64,000 nucleotides of DNA, taken from NCBI GenBank assembly GCA_963828165.1, contig CAWHDR010000001.1, positions 864,001-928,000 of the forward strand. The letters run 5' to 3'. Position 1 is the first letter of the stretch. Every line of letters starts with the position of its first letter. Below the pieces are notes generated by a model, which saw only the letters and a program-made list of their open reading frames with translations, was not told where the DNA came from and ran no database searches. The stretch is from an uncultured Chloroflexia bacterium (GTDB lineage: Bacteria; Chloroflexota; Limnocylindria; Limnocylindrales; CSP1-4). A program made the position numbers and the translations under genes. Shown here one piece after another: positions 19,178-28,414 of this stretch.

Positions 19178-20368
19178 ATGCGCGCCCGTCGACTCGAACT
19201 CCGGCTGCTCGGCAGCGCCCTCGTCGGGGCGTGGGGCTTGGCCGCGGTCCTGGTCCTGCTGGCCTACCGGCCGGGTGGACCATTCGACATCGTCGTCGGG
19301 ATCACCATGCTCGTCCCGCTCGCCATCGCCATCAGCGGCGTCGTGTGGCCACCGGTGGCACGCGGGCGCGACACGTACCCGATGGTCGTGGCCCTGGGCG
19401 TCGGCTCGCTCCTGCTGCTGCTGCCGTCGATCGGCGGCGTGCTCAATCAGCTTCTGGCGCTCGGATCGCAGACGCTGATGCCGTCGCTCGAGGCCGCCTA
19501 TCCCTGGCTGCTCGCACTGGCCGGGACGAGCCTGTTCGCCGGTTTCGGCCTCGCCCGCCGGCTCGACGCCGGGACCGCGCTTCGACCGCGGCGGCTGCGC
19601 GTCGGGATCGCATCGGCGGTCGCCTTCACGGCGCTCGCCGGCACCGCGTTCGCGGGCGCCGCGATCGCCAACGAGCTCGCGTTGCGCGACCGGACGACAC
19701 CACCGGCGGTCTCGCGCTTCGGACCGACCGATGCCGAAGCCGAGCTCCCGCCCTGCGACGGAGCCCTGGCTGCCGGTAAGAGCGCCCGGCTCATCGCCCA
19801 CCTCCACGGCCAGATCGATGGCGGGGCCATCGGCTCCGTGGACCTGTCCGGTCAGCGCGTCGGCACGAACTTCCGGTGGCTGGCGTACGTGGCGACGGAT
19901 CGCGAGCTGGGCCAATACGGTGCGGCCAGCTTCGGCGGGCGGGCCTGGACTCGGACGCCCGGCGACGGCTGGGCCATCGCCGATGCCCAGAGCGTCCGCG
20001 AAGAGACGCTCGACCTGCAGGCGGTCAGGACGGCCCTTGCCCGCCGCTCGCGCGCGACGTCGGAGGATCGCGGCATCGAGGTGATCGAGGGTGCCCGCAC
20101 GCGCCGCTGTCGCGTTGCCGTGGATGGCGCCACGTTCCGGGCAGCCTTCCCCCAGATCCGCTGGCTCGTCGGCGACGCCGATATCGAGCGCTGGCGGGGC
20201 CAGCTGGATTACTGGGTCTTCGCCGACGGCCAGCTCGGACAGGTCGCGGGCAGTGTCAACGGTGAGGCTGGGGCGATCCGCTCCGAAGCGATCCAGGCGA
20301 CCATCGAGGTCCTCCTGACCGCGACGGGACGGGGCGATGAACTCGTCATCTATCCTCCCGCTCCATGA
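19178..20368 (+). CDS. hypothetical membrane protein with C-terminal extracytoplasmic domain
   Basis: About five N-terminal TM helices; TAGACT -10 element before ATG; ATGA overlap with WYL gene. Confidence 0.75.
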   Translation: MRARRLELRLLGSALVGAWGLAAVLVLLAYRPGGPFDIVVGITMLVPLAIAISGVVWPPVARGRDTYPMVVALGVGSLLLLLPSIGGVLNQLLALGSQTLMPSLEAAYPWLLALAGTSLFAGFGLARRLDAGTALRPRRLRVGIASAVAFTALAGTAFAGAAIANELALRDRTTPPAVSRFGPTDAEAELPPCDGALAAGKSARLIAHLHGQIDGGAIGSVDLSGQRVGTNFRWLAYVATDRELGQYGAASFGGRAWTRTPGDGWAIADAQSVREETLDLQAVRTALARRSRATSEDRGIEVIEGARTRRCRVAVDGATFRAAFPQIRWLVGDADIERWRGQLDYWVFADGQLGQVAGSVNGEAGAIRSEAIQATIEVLLTATGRGDELVIYPPAP

Positions 20369-21363
20369 CCCTCGAGGACGAGCCCGAGCGATTCGGCAAG
20401 CGCGACCGGCTCGCCCGGATGCTGCGCGTCGTGACCGTCCTGCGCGGTCATCCAGATGGGATCCGCCCGCCGGAGATCGCCCGTCGCGTCGGGGTCGCGA
20501 CCCGGACCGTCTATCGCGACCTCCGGGCGCTCGAAGAGGAAGTCGGGGTCGCGGTCTGGTCGGAGAGCGGCCTGTGGGGCGTCGTCGGTGAGGAGTTCCT
20601 GCCGCCGCTCAAGCTGACCCTCGACGAGGCCATGGCGGTCGTCCTGTCCGCCAGGCTGATGGTCCGCTACGCCGACAAGTACGACCCGGACCTCGCCGCC
20701 GCCTTCGAGAAGCTCGAGGCGGTGCTGCCCCGCCCGCTCGCCGAGCACGTGGAACGCACCCTCGACGTCCTCGCGCAGCATCCCCGCGACGAGCCATTCA
20801 GCGAGCACGTCCATCGACTCACCCGGGCCTGGGCGGAGCGACGGGTCGTCACGTTGGAGTACGAACCGGCGCAGTACGGGACCGACGCCACGGCCCGTCA
20901 GGCCGTCGTGCGTCCCTACCTGATCGAGCCCTCGCTGCAGACGCACGCGCTCTACCTGATCGGCTGGGACGAGACCCGCGACGCCCTGCGGACCTTCAAG
21001 ATCGAGCGGATCCGCGACGTGGCGCTGACGCCGCGGACCTTCGAGCTGCCGGAGGGCGACGGCGTCGAGGCGACCCTGCGGCGGGCGTGGGACATCATCG
21101 CCGACCAGCCGCCGACGAAGGTCGTCCTGCGCTTCAGCCCGACCGTCGCGACCCGCGTCCAGGAGGCCACCTGGCACGCGAGCCAGCACGTCCAGCGCGA
21201 GGACGACGGCTCGCTCACGTGGCGCGCGACGGTTGCGGGAACCATCGAGATCCGCCTCTGGATCCTGTCCTGGGGCGACGAGGTGGAGGTTCTCGAGCCA
21301 CCCGAACTGCGCGCCGACGTGACCGCCACGATGCGCCGCGCGCTCGCTCGCTACGGGGCCTGA
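20365..21363 (+). CDS. WYL-domain transcriptional regulator (HTH-WYL-WCX, PafBC/YafY type)
   Basis: RTVYRDLRAL HTH; PYLI..LYLIGWD..RTFKIERI; WILSWGDEVEVLEPPELR. Confidence 0.93.
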   Translation: MTLEDEPERFGKRDRLARMLRVVTVLRGHPDGIRPPEIARRVGVATRTVYRDLRALEEEVGVAVWSESGLWGVVGEEFLPPLKLTLDEAMAVVLSARLMVRYADKYDPDLAAAFEKLEAVLPRPLAEHVERTLDVLAQHPRDEPFSEHVHRLTRAWAERRVVTLEYEPAQYGTDATARQAVVRPYLIEPSLQTHALYLIGWDETRDALRTFKIERIRDVALTPRTFELPEGDGVEATLRRAWDIIADQPPTKVVLRFSPTVATRVQEATWHASQHVQREDDGSLTWRATVAGTIEIRLWILSWGDEVEVLEPPELRADVTATMRRALARYGA

Positions 21364-21463
21364 ACCGGGCCCCGCTCCGCGGGACGGATTCGACAAGGGC
21401 TGGGTCGCTGGGTTAGGGTAAGTCGCCTACGACGTGCCCCCCACACGCTCGGAGGTTTGTCCC

Positions 21464-22270
21464 TTGAGTTCCCGCCTACCTCGTAGGTTGCTGTCCCACG
21501 CCGTGGGCGCGACCCTCATCGCGACGCTGGTCGCGACCGCTTTTGCCGCGCCGGCCAGCGCGGCCACCTCCGCCTCTACTGCCGAGGCGATGATCATCGG
21601 ATGGGTCAATACCAGCCGCATCAATGCCGGTCTGAAACCCCTCCGCGGTGATGGCGACCTGGCATACATCGCCGGTGTGCGCGCCTCCCGGATGGCCAGC
21701 AACAATGTCATGAACCACACCATCGGCGGCAACCTCTACAACCAGCTCAAGTACCGCGACGTCCAGTGGTATCGCTACGGCGAGGCCGTCGGCTGGTCCG
21801 GGTCGGCCTGGACCGTTGACGCCGCCCGGTCGCTGTATCGCATGTGGATGGCAAGCCCCTCCCACCGGGCACTGCTGATGAGCAACCGATTCAATTACAT
21901 CGGCCTCGGCCTGGCGTATCGCTCGTCGAACCGTCGGACGTTCGGTTCGGCAGTCATGAGCGAATCGCTCGACCACACGCCCGTGATCGCCCGAGTCACT
22001 GGAGCCAGCCGTTCCGGCGACGACGTCAGCTGGACATGGAACGGGTACGACCCGCGCCTCCAGACCCACACGGCCGGATTCCGCGACTTCGACCTCCAGT
22101 ACCGCGTCGGCTCCGGGAGCTGGCGGACGCTCCGCAACGACACGACCGGGAAGTCCCTCGTCCTGCGCGACCGGCCGCACGGCCAGTACTACGCGATCCG
22201 CGTGCGAGGGACCGACCGCCGTGGCAATGTGGGGGCGTGGACGGCCCAGTCTCGCATCTGGGTGCCCTGA
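21464..22270 (+). CDS. secreted CAP/SCP domain protein with C-terminal FnIII-like domain
   Basis: GGAGG then TTG; signal peptide; GEAVG, WMASPSHRALLM, IGLG. Confidence 0.85.
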   Translation: MSSRLPRRLLSHAVGATLIATLVATAFAAPASAATSASTAEAMIIGWVNTSRINAGLKPLRGDGDLAYIAGVRASRMASNNVMNHTIGGNLYNQLKYRDVQWYRYGEAVGWSGSAWTVDAARSLYRMWMASPSHRALLMSNRFNYIGLGLAYRSSNRRTFGSAVMSESLDHTPVIARVTGASRSGDDVSWTWNGYDPRLQTHTAGFRDFDLQYRVGSGSWRTLRNDTTGKSLVLRDRPHGQYYAIRVRGTDRRGNVGAWTAQSRIWVP

Positions 22271-23694
22271 CCGGATCGGTCCGGCGGCACCCATTCGCCG
22301 CAGTCAACTTCATCAGCGACCCGATCCACGGGTACATCGAGCTCACCAAGCGGCTCGGACCGGTTGAATCGGCAGCGGCCGGGCTGCCCGCCGAGGACGT
22401 CGCCGAGGAGGACCTCCTCGACACGGCGTGGCTGCAGCGGCTGCGTCGCATCAGTCAGCTGCAGAGCGCACGCTGGGTCTTTCCGACCGCCGAGCACTCG
22501 CGCTTCACGCACGGTCTCGGCGTCATGCACGAGGCCGGCCTGTGGGCGCGCTCGCTCTACCCGAGCCTGCGATCCGCCCTCGCCGGGGCGGGCGATGACG
22601 GGCCGTTCCCATCCGAGGGCCTGGTCACCGAGACCCTGCGCATGGCCGGCCTCCTCCACGACGTGGGCCACGGACCGTTCGCGCATTTCTTCGACGACCA
22701 CGTCCTCGCCGATTTCGAGGCGCCCGCGGATCCGCGCCGTGCAGGCGCCAAGCGCCTCACCCACGAGGACCTGAGTGTCCGGATCGTCATCGAGGAGCTC
22801 GGGCCGCTCCTGCGCGGCCTGCGCCGAGCCCCGGGTAACGTCAGCGAGCGGGACGCCTTCGCGGACGGCGAGTCGATCGATCCGGAGTGGGTCGCCTTCC
22901 TCATCGCCAAGCCGGCGCTGGCCGATCCGGCGATGCCGCGCTGGGTGCGCTGGCTGGCGCCGCTGCTGTCCGGCGTGTTCACGGTCGACAACCTGGACTA
23001 CGTCCGCCGGGACGCGTACCTGACCGGGGTCGCCGCAGGCCCGATCGACGTCGAACGCCTGCGCCGCTACACCTTCATCGGCTCCGACGGGCTGACGCTC
23101 TTCGAACCCGGCCTCGGGGCACTGGAGATGTTCCTGACGGCGCGACGGTTCATGTACCAGCAGGTCTATTACCACCGAACGGTGCGGGCGATCGATCTCG
23201 ATCTCGCCGACGTGTTCGGTCCGTCCGTGCGGGCGATCTTCGGCGACGGCTCACCCGCTGAGCGGCTGGCGGCCTATGCGGACCTCGACGAGTACGCGCT
23301 CCTCCATCAGGCCGCCCGCTGGGCCCGAGGTGTCGACATCGCGACCGCGGGTGCCGCGCCCCCGATGCCAGGCGACGGACGCGTGCCGGCCGGCATCGCT
23401 GAACGCTGGCGGGCGATCCTGCTGCGCCAGCCGACCTGGCGGGCAGAGGCAGAGGTCCGCGCCGAGTACGAGGCGGGCGAACAGCCCGATGCCCTGATCG
23501 CAACCCTCGGAGAGGCGGAGCCGGGCCGTGTGGCGATCGACCTCGCGATCGTCGACGCTCGGCCGGCCGACGCCGACGCTGCGGACCGTCTGCTCGCGCT
23601 CGAGGCCCGTGACGGGCGGTCGCTGTCCCTGGCGGCCGCGCTTGCCTCGATCCCGGCGTACTGGCTCATCGGACGGCGCTACCGCCGGCGTTGA
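22267..23694 (+). CDS. HD-domain phosphohydrolase (SAMHD1/dNTP triphosphohydrolase-like)
   Basis: DPIHGYI, QRLRRISQL, HSRFTHGLG, LLHDVGHGPFAH, DNLDYVRRD, VYYH. Start uncertain (CTG 22267 or GTG 22237). Confidence 0.88.
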   Translation: MTGSVRRHPFAAVNFISDPIHGYIELTKRLGPVESAAAGLPAEDVAEEDLLDTAWLQRLRRISQLQSARWVFPTAEHSRFTHGLGVMHEAGLWARSLYPSLRSALAGAGDDGPFPSEGLVTETLRMAGLLHDVGHGPFAHFFDDHVLADFEAPADPRRAGAKRLTHEDLSVRIVIEELGPLLRGLRRAPGNVSERDAFADGESIDPEWVAFLIAKPALADPAMPRWVRWLAPLLSGVFTVDNLDYVRRDAYLTGVAAGPIDVERLRRYTFIGSDGLTLFEPGLGALEMFLTARRFMYQQVYYHRTVRAIDLDLADVFGPSVRAIFGDGSPAERLAAYADLDEYALLHQAARWARGVDIATAGAAPPMPGDGRVPAGIAERWRAILLRQPTWRAEAEVRAEYEAGEQPDALIATLGEAEPGRVAIDLAIVDARPADADAADRLLALEARDGRSLSLAAALASIPAYWLIGRRYRRR

Positions 23695-23756
23695 GGGCGG
23701 CGCGACCGCGAGGTTGCATCGGGGCGAGACGGCGCGCACCGCTCGGAGGCGTGGCC

Positions 23757-24665
23757 CTACGTGCCGGGACTCGCGCTCGGCTTTGGCTTAGGCGCCTTGG
23801 GCCGCTCGCCGATGACGAGCATCGGATCGATGCGCGCGATCTGGCGATCGGGCAGCTTCATGCGCTTGACGACCGAGGGCTCGATCCCGAACGTCGCGAG
23901 CTCGGCCGGGCTGAACAACCCGTAGTGGAGGTGACAGCCCGACGCCCGACCGGTCCGGCCCTCGTAGCCCAGCAGCTGGCCAGCCTTCACGACGGCGCCC
24001 TTCTTGACCACGATCTTGCCGAAGTGTGCATAGACGCTTCGATAGCCGTTGCCATCGTCGATGACGACGACGATGGGCAACGTGGACCAGAGGTGCTTCT
24101 TCTCGAGCCGCTCGAGATATGGCTCGAGATCGCCGACCCAGCCCATGAACCGGTCGTACTTGCGTCCGGCGGCGAGGACGGTCCCACCGTGGGCCGCCAC
24201 GACCCGATCGCCACAGAACGTCGCCAGGTCGATCCCGTCGTGGAACCGTTCGCCGTCCACGATACGAGACCCCCATGGCGACGGCCCGAACGGCAAGGTC
24301 AGCCGACCGCGCGGAAGCGGCCAGCGGTAGCCGGTGAGCGTCGAAGGCGCCGGTACTGACGGCGCCGCACTCGGGCGCACGGCCACGACCGAAGGCGGCC
24401 GGGCGGAGGCGCCGGATGCCGGTGCGCCGGCCGCGGCGGTCGGTCGGGGGCTCGGTGGCGGCGGGCTCTCGACGGCCCCCTGGACGGCCACGACCGGGGT
24501 GAGCGGCCCGCTCGAGACGGACGTCGCGATCGCGACGCCCACTGCGGCGATGACACCCGCGAGGAGGACCGCGCTCGCCCGTCGACGCCGCCATCCCGTG
24601 CCCCGTTCGCGCTCGCTCAGCGGGCGCGGCAGGTTGTCGAGTGGACCGGGGACGCTCGTGGTCAC
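23757..24665 (-). CDS. M23 family metallopeptidase
   Basis: HDGIDL, YAH, TGRASGCHLHY; N-terminal TM. Confidence 0.9.
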   Translation of the reverse strand: MTTSVPGPLDNLPRPLSERERGTGWRRRRASAVLLAGVIAAVGVAIATSVSSGPLTPVVAVQGAVESPPPPSPRPTAAAGAPASGASARPPSVVAVRPSAAPSVPAPSTLTGYRWPLPRGRLTLPFGPSPWGSRIVDGERFHDGIDLATFCGDRVVAAHGGTVLAAGRKYDRFMGWVGDLEPYLERLEKKHLWSTLPIVVVIDDGNGYRSVYAHFGKIVVKKGAVVKAGQLLGYEGRTGRASGCHLHYGLFSPAELATFGIEPSVVKRMKLPDRQIARIDPMLVIGERPKAPKPKPSASPGT

Positions 24666-25025
24666 CTAGCGGCCGGGGACGGGTTCGACGACCGGCACGT
24701 CATCCCGGGCACGGAGGTGGAAGGCGATGCCATCGACCATCTCGGTGGAAGGATCGCGGCGAGGCATCGCCGTCAGGCGCCAGTCGCGACCCTCGCGCTC
24801 GATCCAGCGGGCGAGCGGTCGGCCACGCTCGAGCACAGCGTCGAACAGCGCGAACGCGGTATCGGGCATGTCCACCATGACCTCGCGGGCGGGCATGCCG
24901 ATGCAGCGTGACCCGAACTGGGCGTGGAATGCCGGGTTGCCGTAGATCAGGACATGACCAGGACCCGCGCAGATGCCGGCCGGCCGGACCTGGGGCAGGG
25001 TGGGAGGCGGGTCGTGACGGGCCAT
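24666..25025 (-). CDS. hypothetical PAS-like small protein
   Basis: GPGHVLIYGNPAF..IGMPARE pattern; TATCAT upstream. Confidence 0.6.
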   Translation of the reverse strand: MARHDPPPTLPQVRPAGICAGPGHVLIYGNPAFHAQFGSRCIGMPAREVMVDMPDTAFALFDAVLERGRPLARWIEREGRDWRLTAMPRRDPSTEMVDGIAFHLRARDDVPVVEPVPGR

Positions 25026-25452
25026 GGAACGCAGATGATAGTCCGTGGCTGTCAGCGCGAAAACCAGGCGGCCCGGCGTTGCTCCTTCCCCGCGGAATTA
25101 CGGCGTTCGGATGATGTCATGGCGGCACCGAGCGGGATATGGTGCCTCCGCAACCCCAGTTCCGAGGTCCATCACCCGTGTCCCGACTCGTGCCCTCGCG
25201 CCGAAGCCCGGACGAAGGTCCGACCGTGCGTCGGCCCACCTCGACCCCACCTCGCCCGCCATGGGGAGCGGGCGCGCGCACCGGCCGCCGCTGGTAGCGC
25301 CCCGATCGCCCGGCTTGGCGGAGGGGATCACTCAAGCCCCGTCGAGTGAACCGCCCGCCGGGCGATCGGACCCATGCTTGGCCCACCCGCCGTCCCGACC
25401 AGTCAGGTGCAGCCGGGACGGCTCCAACCTGGCCCCGCTATGCTCGGGACCC

Positions 25453-25845
25453 ATGGACGACAAGACCGCCATCCTGGCTCGGCTCCCGATCTTCGCCAAG
25501 CTCGATGCGCGCAGCCTGGAAGCGATCGGGGCCCTGGCTCGGATCGTGTCGGTGCCCGCCGGCACGGTCCTGATGAGCGAAGGTGAGGCGGCCGAGTCCT
25601 TCTACGTCATCGTCACCGGCACCGTCCACGTCGAACGCAATGGCGCCTTCGTGCGGTCGATGTCCGACGGCGGTTTCCTCGGCGAGATCGCCCTCGTCGA
25701 GGAGCGGACGCACACCGCGACCGTGACCTGCACCACGGCGTGCGAGTTCGTGCAGCTCGGTCGCTACGAGTTCGGCCGGATCATGGATCGGTTCCCCGAC
25801 ATTCGCACGCGCATCGACGCGGCGGTGGCTCGCCGCCCGTTCTAG
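25453..25845 (+). CDS. standalone cyclic nucleotide-binding domain protein
   Basis: LPIFAKL, EGE, FYVIVTG, FLGEIAL..HTATV. Confidence 0.85.
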   Translation: MDDKTAILARLPIFAKLDARSLEAIGALARIVSVPAGTVLMSEGEAAESFYVIVTGTVHVERNGAFVRSMSDGGFLGEIALVEERTHTATVTCTTACEFVQLGRYEFGRIMDRFPDIRTRIDAAVARRPF

Positions 25846-25895
25846 GGCAGCGTTCGTGAGCCGGCACGCCCGTCGCGGTATCATCCGGTCCGCAT

Positions 25896-25972
25896 CCGCC
25901 CGTAGCTCAGTGGATCAGAGCGACTGACTTCGGATCAGTAGGTCGGGGGTTCGAATCCCTCCGGGCGGGCCA
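25896..25972 (+). tRNA. tRNA-Arg (anticodon TCG)
   Basis: Acceptor CCGCCCG/CGGGCGG, G73, encoded CCA; A20; anticodon arm ACTGA-CTTCGGA-TCAGT; T arm GGGGG-TTCGAAT-CCCTC. Confidence 0.93.
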
Positions 25973-26001
25973 TTGATCCCATGGGGATGTGTGAGGGTCC
26001 C

Positions 26002-26481
26002 TTGACCGAATTCGTCCCCGCCTCGTTTGACCCGCCCCCCGGCCTTGCCCACGTGGCCTTCCGGCTGGAACCTCTCGGCCCCGAGCACAACGCCTCTGAC
26101 CATGCGGCGTGGAGTTCGAGCATCGACCATATCCGCTCGACCCCCGGTTTCGAGGGCTGGTCTTGGCCCCACCCGATGAGCCTCGAGGAAAACCTTGGCG
26201 ACCTCGTCCGCCATGCCGAAGACTTCGCGGCGCGGACGGGTTTCACCTACACGGTGCTCGCCCCGGATCAGGACGGTGCCACCGTCATCGGGTGCGTCTA
26301 CATCTACCCGAGTAAGCGGGCAGGCTTCGACGCCGATGTTCGGTCCTGGGTCCGCGCGGCCGACGCACGTCTCGACGCCGTGCTCTACCGCGCTGTCAGC
26401 GATTGGCTCGATGAGGCGTGGCCGTTCGAGCGCGTGGATTACGCTGTCCGACCCGACGCAGTATCGCCGACCCTTCCTTGA
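26002..26481 (+). CDS. GNAT-like N-acetyltransferase
   Basis: RLEPLGPEHN..D, FTYTVL..VIGCVYIYP. Confidence 0.75.
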   Translation: MTEFVPASFDPPPGLAHVAFRLEPLGPEHNASDHAAWSSSIDHIRSTPGFEGWSWPHPMSLEENLGDLVRHAEDFAARTGFTYTVLAPDQDGATVIGCVYIYPSKRAGFDADVRSWVRAADARLDAVLYRAVSDWLDEAWPFERVDYAVRPDAVSPTLP

Positions 26482-26591
26482 ACGACGCACCGCGGTTTGC
26501 ATCTGGGGTCCTTGGTGATACATCCGGTCGGGTGTACGATTTACCGACCGGGGAGACAGCGTCGGTGGCACTCGGAACGAGGGGTTAGCAG

Positions 26592-26780
26592 ATGAGCGAC
26601 CGCACGCCCGAGCAGATCCTCGCCGAATGGCGCGATTGTGAGCGTCGGCACGCCGACGGACCGTCCGCGGAGCTGGCTCGGCGCATCGATGAACTCAGGG
26701 CCGAGCACGCCAACGCGGTCCTGGCCCGGCATGACGAGGCCGAGGAGCTGGCAGAGCTCAGCCCGCTCCGCTCGATCTGA
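26592..26780 (+). CDS. small hypothetical protein
   Basis: GAGGGG RBS; 62-aa helical ORF. Confidence 0.5.
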   Translation: MSDRTPEQILAEWRDCERRHADGPSAELARRIDELRAEHANAVLARHDEAEELAELSPLRSI

Positions 26781-26800
26781 CCCTCACGGGCGACCGCCCG

Positions 26801-27115
26801 TCAGTCGTCCTCCGCCTCGGGATCGATATCGAGCGCTTCGTAGTGCGCGACCCGCAGGTCGAGGACGAGTTCCTCGGCGCCGGGCAGCAGCCGTGGCCGC
26901 TCGAGGTCGGGTCCCGCCCAGCCGTACAGCGACGCCGTGTCCTTCCACTCCTCGAAGAGGCACACCTCCTGCTCGCCACCCCGGATCCGACGGGCGAGCT
27001 TCGCATACCGCAAACCCGGGTAGTCGCGCAGCAGCGGCAACTGCGTTCGCATCAGCTCGTTGAACTGCCCGGCCTGGTCGGCCTTCAGCGTGGCGGTCAA
27101 GACGCGGACGATCAT
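26801..27115 (-). CDS. antibiotic biosynthesis monooxygenase (ABM)-like protein
   Basis: MIVRV, PGL, EEWKD..SL, HYE. Confidence 0.75.
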   Translation of the reverse strand: MIVRVLTATLKADQAGQFNELMRTQLPLLRDYPGLRYAKLARRIRGGEQEVCLFEEWKDTASLYGWAGPDLERPRLLPGAEELVLDLRVAHYEALDIDPEAEDD

Positions 27116-27242
27116 GTCCCTACACTATGCCAAGCGGTGGCCACCGCGAACCCTTCCCCGCGCATGGCACGACGCAAGTGGGCGATGATCGCTGGCATGG
27201 ATCGAACCTGGGCGGGCGTTCTGATCAAGTCGGAGCTGGGTC

Positions 27243-28028
27243 CTGACTGAGGAGCCGCTCGGCCGGCGTCTGACGCGGCCAGGGACCCTGGCCCATTCCC
27301 TCCTGCGATGGCTCGCCGACGCGCCCCGCTACCCGGCAGCCGACGCGGATCGTCGCGAGATCGACGTGCTGGGTCTGCGACTTCCGTGGCGAGCCACGGT
27401 CGCGATCACGGTCGTAACGCTCGTCTTGCTCGTGGACTACTCGCGGATCCTGCTCCCGGACGCGGCCGACAGCTTGGGCCGCGCGCCGATGGGGATGCGC
27501 TTCGTCGCCATCGAGCGCTTCCTGCTGTTCGGGCTGCTGCCGCTCGCGGTCGTCATCCTCGCGTTTCGCGATCGCCCATCCCGCTACGGGATCGCGATCG
27601 GCGACTGGCTGGCGGGCGCGGCCCTCATGCTCGTCGGTTGCGCGGTCATGACGCCGCTCGTGCTCTGGTTCGCGACGCTGCCGGACGTTCGGTCCTATTA
27701 CGCCTCGAGCGTCGAGCCACTCGCCAGTCTGTTGCTCACGAACGCGCTCGACCTGTCCGCGGGCGAGTTCTTGTTCCGCGGCTTTCTGACGTTCACGCTG
27801 CTGCGGGCGATCGGGCCGGCCGGTGTGCTCGTGGCCACGATGCCGTTCGTGTACGTCCACCTCGGCAAGCCGGAGCTGGAGCTGTACTCGACGCTCGCCG
27901 GCGGTCTCATCTACGGCTGGCTGGCATGGCGCACCCGATCCATCCTGTGGGGAACGATCGGGCACGTGTACATCCTGACCCTGGTGATCGTCGCGGCTGG
28001 CGCCGGGGCGCCGGTGGCACCGGCGTAG
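27243..28028 (+). CDS. CPBP family intramembrane glutamic endopeptidase
   Basis: EFLFRG, FVYVHLGKP..E, WRTRSI..GH. Start either CTG 27243 (GGAG 7 nt upstream) or GTG 27366. Confidence 0.85.
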   Translation: MTEEPLGRRLTRPGTLAHSLLRWLADAPRYPAADADRREIDVLGLRLPWRATVAITVVTLVLLVDYSRILLPDAADSLGRAPMGMRFVAIERFLLFGLLPLAVVILAFRDRPSRYGIAIGDWLAGAALMLVGCAVMTPLVLWFATLPDVRSYYASSVEPLASLLLTNALDLSAGEFLFRGFLTFTLLRAIGPAGVLVATMPFVYVHLGKPELELYSTLAGGLIYGWLAWRTRSILWGTIGHVYILTLVIVAAGAGAPVAPA

Positions 28029-28037
28029 CCGGCGCGT

Positions 28038-28292
28038 CTAGCGCTTCGCGGCCTTCGCCACGTCGGAGCTGTCGTCGACGTCGATGTCGTGACGTCGAGC
28101 CGCCGACATGATCTTGCGGGCGGCAGCGTGCTTCGCTGCCGTGTCCTCGAAATCGGTCTGGTCGAAGCGGGCGATCGCGTTGCGAACGTGCGATTCGTCG
28201 TTGATCGGCAGGTGCCGCTCGCCGTCCTTGTCGATGTAGGCGAATGATCCGTCGCGCAGTCGCTCGCGCTTGGCAGTCGTCAATTCGGCCAC
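28038..28292 (-). CDS. small conserved protein (DUF6582-like)
   Basis: GGAGG RBS; FAYID..RHLPINDESHVRNAIARF. Confidence 0.75.
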   Translation of the reverse strand: MAELTTAKRERLRDGSFAYIDKDGERHLPINDESHVRNAIARFDQTDFEDTAAKHAAARKIMSAARRHDIDVDDSSDVAKAAKR

Positions 28293-28414
28293 GGTGATAC
28301 CTCCCTTGGGTGCCTCCACATGGTCGCCGAGCGGACGTCGAAACCGCCCGGGTGGTCTGGCCCGGGCGGCTTGCAGGAACGTGTCGGTAGCGATGCGCCG
28401 AACTGATCCGAGCG

